This document shows, piece after piece, positions 28,385 through 38,260 of a stretch of 64,000 nucleotides of DNA. This stretch comes from Deferribacterales bacterium. GTDB taxonomy: Bacteria > Chrysiogenota > Deferribacteres > Deferribacterales > Geovibrionaceae. The DNA lies in contig JBFWMA010000001.1 in NCBI GenBank assembly GCA_050251875.1, positions 1 through 64,000 on the forward strand, given 5' to 3'. Positions within the stretch are counted from its first letter, which is position 1. The number at the start of each line of letters is the position of its first letter. The position numbers and the translations under genes were made by a program. The notes under the pieces were generated by a model. That model made no database searches. It was not told where the DNA came from and worked only from the letters and a program-made list of their open reading frames with translations.

Positions 28385-30133
28385 ATGAAAAAGACCATAA
28401 TGCTTATTGATGACAGCGTTACTATCCACAGGGTCATAGATCTATGTGTTGACAAAGAAAAGTACAATGTTATCAAGGTTTTTAACAAAGATGAAGCCGA
28501 ACAGGTCATCGTGAGCGACAAACCCGATCTGATACTTCTGGATAACAAACTTCCCGACATCCCCACCGCAGATATGATCACACTTATAAAATCCGAATGT
28601 CCAGCCTGCTATATCATCCTTCTGGCTGGAGCGTTCGATCAGTTCGACAAAGACCAGTGTGTGTCCGCCGGGGCTGATGATTTTCTCTTCAAGCCTTTTG
28701 ACGCAAAAGCTCTGGACGCCAGAATTCTCTGTGGTCTGGAAGGCGAGTGTGAGGGGCTGGAAGAGAGCGTACCGTCCGAGTTCACTGAAGAGGAGCTGGA
28801 GGAGATTATGCCGGAAGAGGACGAAGAGATAGAGCTTCCCGCTATAGAGGAAGATGAGACTGCCGCTGCTGATGTTCAGCCGGATGAGGAGATCGAGCTT
28901 CCGGAGATGGAAGAGGATATAGAGATTCCCGCTGTGGAGGAGGAAGAGATAGAACTCCCCGCAGGAGTTTTCGAAGGGCTCAAAGAGACAGAGGAAGAAG
29001 AACTGACTCTGCCGGAGGATGAGCCTGCCGCCGCGGCAGAACCAGAGCCTGATTTTGAGCCGGAAATTGAACCTGAGCTTGAACCTGAAATAGAGGCCGG
29101 AGCTGAGCTGGAAGAGATGCCTGAACTGCAAGATATACCTGAACTGGAGATAGATCAGGAATTATCAGCGGAACCGGCGCCGGAAATGCCCATCGCTCTG
29201 GATGATCTGGAGCTGGATATTCCGGAACAGATTTCCATGCCGGAGGACAACACGCCAGTGGATATGTCCGATCCTTTTTCCGGGCTGGTGGAGACTGACG
29301 AGACCGTTATAGATGAGGAAGCCGCTAAAGAGGAGAGCGCCCAGAGTCTGGATGAGCTGGAAACAGCTCAGGAGACTGACGAGCTGGACGGAATTCTGGA
29401 CGGCATAAACGAAGATATAAAAATGGACGAGCCCGCCGCGGATCTTTCCGAGGCTCTTGAGGACGCTGAGGAATCTCTCGCAGAATCAGAAGAGGAGCTG
29501 GAAGAGGTCATCAGCATGGGTGATGAAACCGAGCAGGTTATAAAAGAGCTGGACAATGAAGAGATTCTTCCTGATGAACCGTCTCTGGAACTGCCGGAAA
29601 TAGAAAAAGAGATACATGTCACGGGGATAGGCACAGAGATGCCGGAAGCTGTTTCCGAACCGGAACCCGGGACAGAGCCTGAGATAGAAGCAGACATCTT
29701 GACAGACATGGAAACAGACATGGAAACAGATATGGCTGACGATATAGCCGTTCCGGCAGAAGAGGACATTGCCGAAGAGGCGCCGATTGACGAGGAAAAG
29801 CTGGCTGACGATGAAGAGCCGGAAGAAGCCGCCGAAGAGCCGGAAGAAGCCGCCGAAGAGCAGGAGATCAGGGACATCAACACGGTGGAACTGACACCCG
29901 CTGACGAGATGGAGCCCGAGCCCGAATACCGTGAACCTGAAATGCCGAAAGTGCATATCAGCGCAGAGAAACTGGTGGAAGCGGTGTATGAGGCGATAGA
30001 CGAGGATACGCTTAAATTCGCTATTAAAGAGGTTCTCACCGACAAAATAGGCAGGATTCTGGAAGAGGAACTGCCGATTCTGGTGGAGAGAGCTATCAGA
30101 AAAGAGATAGAAAGACTTGTGAAAGGAAACTAG
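28385..30133 (+). CDS. RomR-like response regulator: receiver domain, long acidic low-complexity linker, C-terminal helical domain
   Basis: DDSVTIHRVI, LLAGAFDQFD, ADDFLFKPF; about 400 aa Glu/Asp/Pro-rich; C-term LEEELPILVERAIRKEIERL; start at ATG 28385 after GGAG. Confidence 0.8.
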   Translation: MKKTIMLIDDSVTIHRVIDLCVDKEKYNVIKVFNKDEAEQVIVSDKPDLILLDNKLPDIPTADMITLIKSECPACYIILLAGAFDQFDKDQCVSAGADDFLFKPFDAKALDARILCGLEGECEGLEESVPSEFTEEELEEIMPEEDEEIELPAIEEDETAAADVQPDEEIELPEMEEDIEIPAVEEEEIELPAGVFEGLKETEEEELTLPEDEPAAAAEPEPDFEPEIEPELEPEIEAGAELEEMPELQDIPELEIDQELSAEPAPEMPIALDDLELDIPEQISMPEDNTPVDMSDPFSGLVETDETVIDEEAAKEESAQSLDELETAQETDELDGILDGINEDIKMDEPAADLSEALEDAEESLAESEEELEEVISMGDETEQVIKELDNEEILPDEPSLELPEIEKEIHVTGIGTEMPEAVSEPEPGTEPEIEADILTDMETDMETDMADDIAVPAEEDIAEEAPIDEEKLADDEEPEEAAEEPEEAAEEQEIRDINTVELTPADEMEPEPEYREPEMPKVHISAEKLVEAVYEAIDEDTLKFAIKEVLTDKIGRILEEELPILVERAIRKEIERLVKGN

Positions 30134-30146
30134 GGAGGAACATATC

Positions 30147-31172
30147 GTGTCTCTGGATTATAAAAACAGCGGAGTCGATATAGACGAGGGAAACCGCTTC
30201 GTCTCAGTTATTAAGAAGACTGTTGAGTCAACATACAACAAAAATGTCATGGGAAGCATCGGCGGTTTTGCCGGATTCTTTGACATTTCCGCCATGAAAG
30301 GAATGGAACACCCCGTTCTGGTCTCCGGAACAGACGGCGTGGGAACCAAGCTGAAAGTGGCGATAGATACTGATATTCTGGAAACAGTGGGCATAGATCT
30401 CGTGGCTATGTGCGTGAACGATATTATCGTTACAGGCGCCAAGCCTCTGTTCTTTCTGGACTATATGGCGACAGGAAAGCTGTCTTCAGAGAAGATGGCG
30501 AGAGTTATTCAGGGTATAGCCGAAGGATGCAGACAGTCTGACTGTCCTCTGGTGGGCGGTGAGACAGCCGAGATGCCCGGAATGTATTCCGGAGAGGATT
30601 TCGACCTTGCGGGGTTCGCCGTGGGTATTCTGGACAAACCGAAAGCCATTACGGGCGAGCGCATAGAGCCGGGCGATGTTCTGGTGGGGCTCTCATCCAG
30701 CGGTCTGCACAGCAACGGTTTTTCTCTGGCGAGAAAACTGTTCTTCGACAGCCTGAAAATGACTCCGGACGACACCATCTGCGAAAATATTCCGCTGAAA
30801 AAAGCTCTGCTGGAGCCTACTAAGATATATGTTCCCCACATAATGAAGCTGATCGCCGAAGGCATCGATATCAAAGGAATGGTGCACATCACAGGCGGCG
30901 GGTTCTATGACAACATCCCCAGAGTTCTTCCCGAGGGTACAGGCGTGAGGATAAATCCCGACTGTTTTCCTCTGCCCCCTATCTATAAATTTATTCTGGA
31001 AAAATCGGGCATAGCCCCCAGAGAGCTCTACAGAGTTTTCAACATGGGTATCGGCTATATCATTGCCGTGAAAGAGTCCGAAGCGAAAAAAATCACAAAA
31101 CTTCTTGATGACGCGACTGTCATAGGTAGTGTGACCGCCACCGGAGAAGTGGAGATCGAGGGAATAAATTGA
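30147..31172 (+). CDS. purM: AIR synthetase
   Basis: YKNSGVDID, GTDGVGTK, GIDLVAMCVND, GGETAEMPG, HSNG.SL, HITGGG. Confidence 0.97.
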   Translation: MSLDYKNSGVDIDEGNRFVSVIKKTVESTYNKNVMGSIGGFAGFFDISAMKGMEHPVLVSGTDGVGTKLKVAIDTDILETVGIDLVAMCVNDIIVTGAKPLFFLDYMATGKLSSEKMARVIQGIAEGCRQSDCPLVGGETAEMPGMYSGEDFDLAGFAVGILDKPKAITGERIEPGDVLVGLSSSGLHSNGFSLARKLFFDSLKMTPDDTICENIPLKKALLEPTKIYVPHIMKLIAEGIDIKGMVHITGGGFYDNIPRVLPEGTGVRINPDCFPLPPIYKFILEKSGIAPRELYRVFNMGIGYIIAVKESEAKKITKLLDDATVIGSVTATGEVEIEGIN

Positions 31173-31771
31173 AAAAGATAGCTGTGCTGCTGTCCGGCAG
31201 GGGCAGCAACTTTATTTCCATCAAAAAACACATAGACGAGAAAAATATCAACGGCGAGATAGTCGCCGTTATAAGCAACAAGGCGGACGCGAAGGGGCTG
31301 GAATATGCCCGTGAACAGGGGCTCTGTGCCATTTATCTCAATCCGAAGGATTTTGACGGCAGAGAGTCATATGACGCCGAGATAGTGAGAATCCTGAAAG
31401 AAAAAGATGTGGAGCTGGTCTGCCTGGCAGGCTTCATGCGCATCATCACAGGAGTGTTCTGTCAGGCTTTCCGCAACAGAATACTGAACATTCATCCGTC
31501 TCTTCTGCCCTCTTTCAAAGGGCTGGATGCTCAGAAACAGGCTTTTGACTATGGTGTCAAGTTCGCCGGGTGCTCTGTGCATTTCGTGGACGAAGAGATG
31601 GACAACGGCGCCATAATCCTTCAGGCGGTGGTGCCCGTTCTTCAGACGGACGATGACCACTCGCTGGCTGAGAGGATTTTGAAAGAGGAACACAGAATCT
31701 ATCCGGAGGCTGTCAGGCTGTTTTGCGATGACAAGCTCAGGGTGGAGGGAAGAAGAGTCTTCATAGACTAA
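31169..31771 (+). CDS. purN: GAR transformylase
   Basis: SGRGSN, LAGFMRI, NIHPSLLP.F.G. Confidence 0.96.
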   Translation: MKKIAVLLSGRGSNFISIKKHIDEKNINGEIVAVISNKADAKGLEYAREQGLCAIYLNPKDFDGRESYDAEIVRILKEKDVELVCLAGFMRIITGVFCQAFRNRILNIHPSLLPSFKGLDAQKQAFDYGVKFAGCSVHFVDEEMDNGAIILQAVVPVLQTDDDHSLAERILKEEHRIYPEAVRLFCDDKLRVEGRRVFID

Positions 31772-31779
31772 GGAATATC

Positions 31780-33027
31780 ATGAAAAAACCGATACTGCTT
31801 CTGATCGTTTTTTTACTGGCGGCATTTTGTTACGCAGGGGGGAAACCGGTGCTGGATAACGGCGTTAAAGTAATCGACATCAAAAGACCCTATACGGATA
31901 CGATCTCCATTGTCTTTTTTGTGAAAGGCGGGATCTCCAGAGAAACACAGGCGAATAACGGTATCGGATCGCTCTTCACATCCGTGTGGATCAAGAGCAG
32001 CGAGATACTGAAAAAAGTCGAGTTTTACGGCGGATCTGTGTATGCCTCCATGAGCCCTGATTTCATGGAAGTGACCCTCGCCATCCCGTCAGAGCAGTTC
32101 GACAGGCTTTTCGGATACTATGTTCAGCTTATCAGCAACCCTGTGATAGATGAAGATGTTTTCAAGCGTGAGCAGGCGCTTCAGAAAGAGGAGATAATCT
32201 CTGTGGAGGATAACCCCTCCGGAAAATCATATAAAAACTTTTCTAAGGCGACCTATGGTTTGCACCCATACTCTCTGGCGGAAGAGGGAACAATGGAGAG
32301 CGTTAGCTCTCTGACCGTTCAGGATATGAAAAACTATGCCAAAGAGATGCTGATGGGCGCCAACATAACTCTGGCTGTCGCCGGAAACTACAGCGGTGAC
32401 GAGCTGGAGAGAATCAGAGCGGCTTTCAGCTTTCTGCCCAGAGGCACAGCTTATAAACCTTCATGCGCCGCAAGCCGTATAGAGAAAGACACCACAGTGG
32501 AAGACACAGATAAAAATGTGAAACAGGCAAAGCTGTATATCGGATACAACGCTCCGGACGCCGCAGACCCTGAATATCCCGCTGTGAAAGTCATCGCCGA
32601 CATACTGGGCGGAGGTATGAGCAGCAGATATTTTAACGCTCTGCGCAAGGACAAGGGATACGCCTATTCCGTGGGGTCTATCTATGCCTCCAGACTCTGC
32701 TCATCCAGGTTCGTCTCATACATCGGGCTCGATTATGCCAATGTTCCCGATGCCATAGCGTCCATAGAGAAGATAAACAAGGAATTTATAAACGATCTTA
32801 CCCCGCAGGAGCTGGAATCAGTGAAGAACTACATGCTGGGCAAGATACTCACAGATTCGCAGACCAACGCAAAGCAGGCGTGGTATGCCTGTTTCTTCGA
32901 AAACGTGGGGCTGAAGAGCACATTTTTCAGCAACTATATCGATGTTTTAAAGAATATTTCAGCGGACGATATCAAAAAAGCCGCAAAGATATTTGACGGA
33001 CCGAAGACTGTTTACATCTTAAAGTAA
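31780..33027 (+). CDS. Exported M16 (pitrilysin) family protein lacking the HXXEH motif
   Basis: Signal peptide, LDNG, G..RE...NG, LGGGMSSR...LR..KG.AYSV; HXXEH position reads SLFTS. Confidence 0.82.
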   Translation: MKKPILLLIVFLLAAFCYAGGKPVLDNGVKVIDIKRPYTDTISIVFFVKGGISRETQANNGIGSLFTSVWIKSSEILKKVEFYGGSVYASMSPDFMEVTLAIPSEQFDRLFGYYVQLISNPVIDEDVFKREQALQKEEIISVEDNPSGKSYKNFSKATYGLHPYSLAEEGTMESVSSLTVQDMKNYAKEMLMGANITLAVAGNYSGDELERIRAAFSFLPRGTAYKPSCAASRIEKDTTVEDTDKNVKQAKLYIGYNAPDAADPEYPAVKVIADILGGGMSSRYFNALRKDKGYAYSVGSIYASRLCSSRFVSYIGLDYANVPDAIASIEKINKEFINDLTPQELESVKNYMLGKILTDSQTNAKQAWYACFFENVGLKSTFFSNYIDVLKNISADDIKKAAKIFDGPKTVYILK

Positions 33028-33114
33028 TTTCAAAAATTTTAATTTGAACAGGTATACATTCCGCCTCGTTTCTGATACAATATTCCTTTATCTTATTTAA
33101 GGAATCAAAGGTAC

Positions 33115-34449
33115 ATGGACGAAAGCGGGATTTGGGAAGAGGTACTGAAGTACCTGCGTAAAGAACTGGATGAACAGGTGGTTAAAATATGGCTGGAGCC
33201 TCTGTCTATAGCGGAGCTCAGAGGCGATATGATCACATTGAGCGCCCCGAACAAGTTCTATAAACAGTGGGCGGATAACAAATATCTGTCAGTTATCAAA
33301 AAAGTCTTTAAAGAAAATCTTACGATAGACGCTGACGTTTCCATTATCGTTGGTTTGGAGAAGAAACCGCAGGCGGTGGAAGGCGCAAGCGTTCCGTCCG
33401 GCACATTCATTCAGATGCCGAAAAACGGCACAAATCTTAACAAAGACTACACCTTCGAAAACTTCGTTTCCGGTAATTCAAACGAGTTCGCCTATGCCGC
33501 TTGTCAGGCGGTGTCCGAAGGGCAGTTCATGCAGTATAACCCGCTCTTTATATACGGCGGAGTCGGTCTTGGTAAGACACACATGATGCATGGCGTAGGG
33601 AACAGGATTCTGGAGAAATTTCCGAAGATGAAAGTCCTCTACTGTACCAGCGAAACTTTCACCAACGAAATGATAAACGCTATCCGTATGAAGAAGATGG
33701 ATGAGTTTCAGAATAAATATAGAAATATCGACCTGATGCTTTTCGATGATGTCCAGTTTCTGGCGGGAAAACAGAGAAGCACAGAAGAATTTTTCAATAC
33801 ATTCAACGCTTTGTATGATAATCAGAAACAGATAATCATCACCAGCGACAAGACTCCGGCGGAGATTCCCGAGATGGAAGAGAGGCTCAAGAGCCGCTTC
33901 TCCTGGGGACTCATAGCCGATATCCAGCCGCCAAGCATAGAGGAGAAGACCGCTATCCTCATCAAACGTGCCGAGCACATGGGGCTTAACCTGCCCAGTG
34001 AGGTCGCTCTTTTCATGGCGCAGAATCTGGTTACGGAGAACATCAGAGAGCTGATAGGCGCTCTGGTGCGCTTAAGCGCTTTTTCATCCTTTCACAAGAG
34101 AGGACTCACTATAGATCTGGCTCAGTCCGCTCTGGAAAAATTTCTGGTGAAGAAGGACAGAGCTGTGTCTTCCGAAGACATTATTGAAGCCGTCACAAAA
34201 TATTTTAACGTGAAACTGGCTGATATGAAGTCCAAAAAACGTACAAAGAGCATCTCCATGCCCCGTCAGGTTGCGATGTATATGCTCAGAGAGAAGATGA
34301 ATCTGTCTTTGCAGGAGATAGGGACACTGTTCGGCGGGAGAGACCACTCCACTGTTCTGCACGCCGTAAACTCCATCGGCGACAAGAACAAAGAGAGCCG
34401 AGAGATTCAGCTTATCATCAGCACCATAGAGAAAGAACTCTATTCATAA
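33115..34449 (+). CDS. dnaA: Chromosomal replication initiator DnaA
   Basis: YTFENFV.G..N, NPLFIYGGVGLGKTH, DDVQF, RLKSRF.WGL, RQVAMY, FGGRDHSTVLHA. Confidence 0.98.
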   Translation: MDESGIWEEVLKYLRKELDEQVVKIWLEPLSIAELRGDMITLSAPNKFYKQWADNKYLSVIKKVFKENLTIDADVSIIVGLEKKPQAVEGASVPSGTFIQMPKNGTNLNKDYTFENFVSGNSNEFAYAACQAVSEGQFMQYNPLFIYGGVGLGKTHMMHGVGNRILEKFPKMKVLYCTSETFTNEMINAIRMKKMDEFQNKYRNIDLMLFDDVQFLAGKQRSTEEFFNTFNALYDNQKQIIITSDKTPAEIPEMEERLKSRFSWGLIADIQPPSIEEKTAILIKRAEHMGLNLPSEVALFMAQNLVTENIRELIGALVRLSAFSSFHKRGLTIDLAQSALEKFLVKKDRAVSSEDIIEAVTKYFNVKLADMKSKKRTKSISMPRQVAMYMLREKMNLSLQEIGTLFGGRDHSTVLHAVNSIGDKNKESREIQLIISTIEKELYS

Positions 34450-34479
34450 GACGACATTAATTATTTATAATGAAAAAAG

Positions 34480-34505
34480 AAAGCCCCGCATAAGCGGGGC
34501 TTTTT
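34480..34505. terminator. Bidirectional intrinsic terminator between dnaA and dapL
   Basis: AAAGCCCCGC-ATAA-GCGGGGCTTT flanked by A and T runs. Confidence 0.85.
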
Positions 34506-34507
34506 AT

Positions 34508-35737
34508 TTAGAATATGTAGGTTTCTGTGGCGAGTCTCTCGTCAATTATTTTTGCTATCCTCTCCTCAGCCTCTGTGGTGGGAGCGTCAAAAGTAACGGA
34601 GAAACGCAGGAAATGTCCGGCATCGTCCCACGGAACGGAAGAGATCAGTTTCTCTCTGATGAGGAAGTCGCAGAACTGCTCAGCGTTCTCGAACTTGCGT
34701 CCGGATACTGTGGCTTTGGGGATCCCGAAATACAGATAGAAAGATCCTTTGGGCTCGTTCACTGTGAAGCCGTGTTTGCGCAGAACTTTTGCCAGCATGT
34801 TCAGCCTTCTGGCATATTTATGCTTGGTTGTCTCGATCATTTTTGGGTTTTCCAGACAGTAGCATCCTGCTTTCTGAATCGGGATGAACTGACCGGAATC
34901 GTTGTTGTCCTTCACTGTGGCGAATGCTTTTACCAGATGCTCGTTTCCGCATACGAATCCGAGTCTCCAGCCTGTCATGTTGTAAGACTTGCTGAGTGAG
35001 TGGATCTCTATACCCACTTCCATAGCGCCGTCTATGCTGAGGAAAGACAGAGGCTCTTCGCCGTATGTCAGCTCTATGTAGGCGGCATCGGAGATAACGG
35101 CTATGTCGTTCTCTTTAGCGAATTTTACCACTTCCTGATAGAACTCTTTTGTGGCAACAGCGCCTGTGGGGTTGTTGGGATAGTTCATGTAGAAGAATTT
35201 AGCTCTCTTTTTGATATCATCGGGGATATCTTTCAGAACGGGGAGGAAGTTGTTCTCCTGAAGCAGGGGCACATTATATACTTCTCCGCCGAGATATTTT
35301 GTGATTGTGCCGGATACGGGATATCCGGGAACAGTCATGATGGCAACGTCTCCGGGGTTGATCAGACAGATCGGGATCATAGCCAGAGCGGGTTTTGAAC
35401 CGATGCTGTGGTTGATCTGTGTCATGGCGTCAATTTCCACGCCGAAACGTTTTTTCATATAATTAGCGGCGGCGATTTTGAACTCGTCTATGCCGTTGTC
35501 GGAATAGAATCTGTTCTCTCTCTTTGTGGCCTCGAGCTGAAGCACTTTTACCACTTCGTCATGGGCCATAGCGTCCGGCTCGCCAACGCCCATGTCTATG
35601 AGTTCAACTCCGGGGTTGTCTTTCATAGCGGCGCGCTTAGCCCTTTTGATTTTTTCAAACTTGTAGATAGTTGTGTCCTTTCCGAACATCTTACCGCCAA
35701 GCCTTTCTGAAATCATGTTCTCCATAAACTGGCTCAT
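34508..35737 (-). CDS. dapL: LL-diaminopimelate aminotransferase (class I/II PLP enzyme)
   Basis: IYKFEKIKRAK, DMGVGEPD, NYPNNPTGA, HSLSKSYNMTGWR, VKDN.DSGQF. Confidence 0.8.
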   Translation of the reverse strand: MSQFMENMISERLGGKMFGKDTTIYKFEKIKRAKRAAMKDNPGVELIDMGVGEPDAMAHDEVVKVLQLEATKRENRFYSDNGIDEFKIAAANYMKKRFGVEIDAMTQINHSIGSKPALAMIPICLINPGDVAIMTVPGYPVSGTITKYLGGEVYNVPLLQENNFLPVLKDIPDDIKKRAKFFYMNYPNNPTGAVATKEFYQEVVKFAKENDIAVISDAAYIELTYGEEPLSFLSIDGAMEVGIEIHSLSKSYNMTGWRLGFVCGNEHLVKAFATVKDNNDSGQFIPIQKAGCYCLENPKMIETTKHKYARRLNMLAKVLRKHGFTVNEPKGSFYLYFGIPKATVSGRKFENAEQFCDFLIREKLISSVPWDDAGHFLRFSVTFDAPTTEAEERIAKIIDERLATETYIF

Positions 35738-35747
35738 TGTTTTCTCC

Positions 35748-36668
35748 CTAAGGTTTCTTATTATCCTGTCCCTGATCTTCGCAGATGGTGCAGTCTGGGC
35801 ACATCTCCGGTTTGCAGGGTTCGATATATATGTTCACGTCAGCATTCTCTATGCCGCGTTTTATTCTCTGTTCGATATCCGCCCGGATATCATTTCCTTC
35901 TTTCAGGCTCATCTTGTTGAACAGCACCAGGTGCATGTCGATGAACCGCAGGTTTCCGGCGGAGCGGGTGCGCAGATTGTGCACCTCCACTATCTCGCTG
36001 CTGTGGCTTTCCAGAATCTCACGCAGAATCTGCATGTCCTCCTCCGGGAGGGTTTCGTCCAGCAGTTCTCTGGTGACCTGTAGATTCAGCCGGAGAGCGG
36101 AAAAGATAATATACACCGCAATTACGGCACTGACAATAGCGTCTATTATGTGAAGACCGGTAAACTTAATAATTATTAGAGCGGAAAGAACGCCTATGCC
36201 GCTCAAAATATCCGTTTTGTAATGCAGACTGTCAGCGTGGAGCACGGTGGAGTTCAGCTTTATGGCGGCTTTCTTCAGAAAGACCACCAGAAAAGACGTT
36301 ATGATAATGCTTATAACCATAACGGTTATGTTTATGCCAACTGCCTTTATCTCTGTCTTTTCGGTGATGTTCATGTATGCCTTATAAAGGATGAATATCC
36401 CTGAAAAGAGGATTATGAAAGACTGAATCTGAGCCGCCAGAGGCTCGAATTTGCTGTGTCCGTATGGGTGGTTCTCGTCCGGGGGCGACATGGACACCTT
36501 GATGGCGAAAAAATTTATAGTGGAAGACAGTATATCCAGCATAGAGTCGAAAGCGGACGAAAGCACCGCCAGCGAACCCGACCAGATTCCCACTATGGCC
36601 TTAAAAACAGCAAGAAACACCGCCGTGGCGATGGATATCTTGGTGGCGTTAAGTTTTGTCAGTCTGAT
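35748..36668 (-). CDS. Cation diffusion facilitator (FieF-like); start uncertain, probably non-canonical
   Basis: SLAVLSSAFDS..D, PPDENHPYGH.K.E, ADSLHYKTD, HNLRTR..G...FIDMH; frame open upstream of GTG 36620 to a TGA at 36681-36683. Confidence 0.85.
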   Translation of the reverse strand: MRLTKLNATKISIATAVFLAVFKAIVGIWSGSLAVLSSAFDSMLDILSSTINFFAIKVSMSPPDENHPYGHSKFEPLAAQIQSFIILFSGIFILYKAYMNITEKTEIKAVGINITVMVISIIITSFLVVFLKKAAIKLNSTVLHADSLHYKTDILSGIGVLSALIIIKFTGLHIIDAIVSAVIAVYIIFSALRLNLQVTRELLDETLPEEDMQILREILESHSSEIVEVHNLRTRSAGNLRFIDMHLVLFNKMSLKEGNDIRADIEQRIKRGIENADVNIYIEPCKPEMCPDCTICEDQGQDNKKP

Positions 36669-37564
36669 GGCTTCTGCTCCTCAGGAGTCTGCTGCCTGCC
36701 GTACAGGTTGAACCATACGCTGAAAAGCCCAAGCAGCGCAATGAGGATTATAGCGGGGGGTTCTGAAAATATAAAGACAAATATTAGGGCTCTGATGACC
36801 GGAAATATCCTGAGCCTTATCATCCAGTGGGTCATGATATCAAACCCCTGAAAGGCATAGAGTGTCATCATTATAATAATAAGGTTCAGCCCGATGTGCC
36901 TCACCATGTCCTGTTTTATGAAGATCATGGCGAATCCCGCTATCAGCAGCCAGACCAGATTGTCCGGCAGACGGAATTTAGGAAGCTGAATCCTTCTCAT
37001 TTTAGCGTAAAGGTTCAGAGCGATGTGGGCGGAGAAAGCTGTGAAAACATAGTTCACCGCCGGAAATACAAGAACAATAGAGAGCGCCGCCTCACGGGTC
37101 ATGGAGCTGACTTTCAGAAAATAGTCCTCTCCCGCCACAGGCGATTTGGATGATTTTACCGCATCCAGAAAAGTGATGAGCGCTTTTTCGGCAACGTCCG
37201 TCATCTCGTTTCTGTATGAGCTGAAAAGATATACGGCGATAAACACGGAAAGCAGTGTCAGAAGAGGCGTCACGGCGGCAGGAATCCATGGGTCGAGCCG
37301 TCCGGATTTCAGATATCTGTGTATGAACAGAGCCGGAGCCAGAACGGAAATGAGGTAAAATCCCGCCAGCACAGGACCAATGCCCGCCAGAACAGCGATG
37401 AGCCCTGCCAGATAAAGGTCGGAGAACCGGTTTCTCTTCTCCAGATCGGAGTACAGAAGGAGAAGCATCGGCGAAAAGACAGCCGTAACCAGACCAACCT
37501 GTGGCACGAACGCCATAAGAGCGTAAAAAAGAACTGATGCTAAAGGGTAGATTAAAAACTGCAT
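36659..37564 (-). CDS. DUF2232/YybS membrane protein
   Basis: Multi-TM, FRLPD.LVW, Y.FQG, LLGLF..WF; conserved position after rpsR. Confidence 0.8.
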   Translation of the reverse strand: MQFLIYPLASVLFYALMAFVPQVGLVTAVFSPMLLLLYSDLEKRNRFSDLYLAGLIAVLAGIGPVLAGFYLISVLAPALFIHRYLKSGRLDPWIPAAVTPLLTLLSVFIAVYLFSSYRNEMTDVAEKALITFLDAVKSSKSPVAGEDYFLKVSSMTREAALSIVLVFPAVNYVFTAFSAHIALNLYAKMRRIQLPKFRLPDNLVWLLIAGFAMIFIKQDMVRHIGLNLIIIMMTLYAFQGFDIMTHWMIRLRIFPVIRALIFVFIFSEPPAIILIALLGLFSVWFNLYGRQQTPEEQKPSD

Positions 37565-37567
37565 GGT

Positions 37568-37596
37568 AAAAAAATGGGGAGGTTGTTCGCCTCCCC
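37568..37596 (-). terminator. Intrinsic terminator after rpsR
   Basis: Minus strand GGGGAGG...CCTCCCC then A and T7. Confidence 0.7.
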
Positions 37597-37604
37597 TTAT
37601 TTAA

Positions 37605-37835
37605 TTATCTGTTGAGGCTGAAAGGCAGCAGAGCGATAACTCTGGCAGTCTTAACAGCGGTTGAGAGGGCTCTCTGGTGTTTAGCGCATGTGCCTGTAAG
37701 TCTTCTGGGCATTATTTTGCCTCTTTCTGTAACATACTGGCGGAGCAGCTTAACATCTTTGTAGTCAATATCTATAGCTTCTGTGCAGAATTTGCATACT
37801 TTTCTGCGCTGGAATTTGCGTCTTACAACAGCCAT
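37605..37835 (-). CDS. rpsR: 30S ribosomal protein S18
   Basis: [28 protein letters not shown]. Confidence 0.97.
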   Translation of the reverse strand: MAVVRRKFQRRKVCKFCTEAIDIDYKDVKLLRQYVTERGKIMPRRLTGTCAKHQRALSTAVKTARVIALLPFSLNR

Positions 37836-37846
37836 TTTCTTTCCTC

Positions 37847-38242
37847 CTAAAATGGAATATCGTCTTCGTCTATGGCACCGGCTGAAGGTACGTCGAATGC
37901 TCCTGAGCCGTATTCACTCTTGCTGTCTCTTCTGGAGACGAACTGAATGTTTTCGGCGACCACCTCATGTTTAGAGCGCTTCTGACCTTCTGTTTCCCAT
38001 GTGCTGTACTGGAGTCTGCCTTCAATCAGAAGGGGCATGCCTTTTGTGACATATTCGCCGCACATTTCGGCTGTTTTGCCGAAGGTGACGATGTCGATGA
38101 AGCATGTTTCTTCCTTGTCCTTCATTTTTCTCGTAATAGCCAGCCCAAACTTAGCCACGGGCAGATCACGTCCGGGGATAAAACGAACCTCGGGGTTGCG
38201 TGTGACATTTCCGAGCAGCATTACTTTATTAAGGAAGCCCAT
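37847..38242 (-). CDS. ssb: Single-stranded DNA-binding protein
   Basis: NKV.L.GN...PE.R, IEGRL, C-terminal DDIPF. Confidence 0.96.
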   Translation of the reverse strand: MGFLNKVMLLGNVTRNPEVRFIPGRDLPVAKFGLAITRKMKDKEETCFIDIVTFGKTAEMCGEYVTKGMPLLIEGRLQYSTWETEGQKRSKHEVVAENIQFVSRRDSKSEYGSGAFDVPSAGAIDEDDIPF

Positions 38243-38260
38243 AAAATCCTCCCGCAGAAA

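Noticed and set aside
29702..29861. Short tandem repeats as a CRISPR or contingency locus
   Set aside because: In-frame 12- and 21-bp coding repeats in the acidic linker; no spacers or cas genes.
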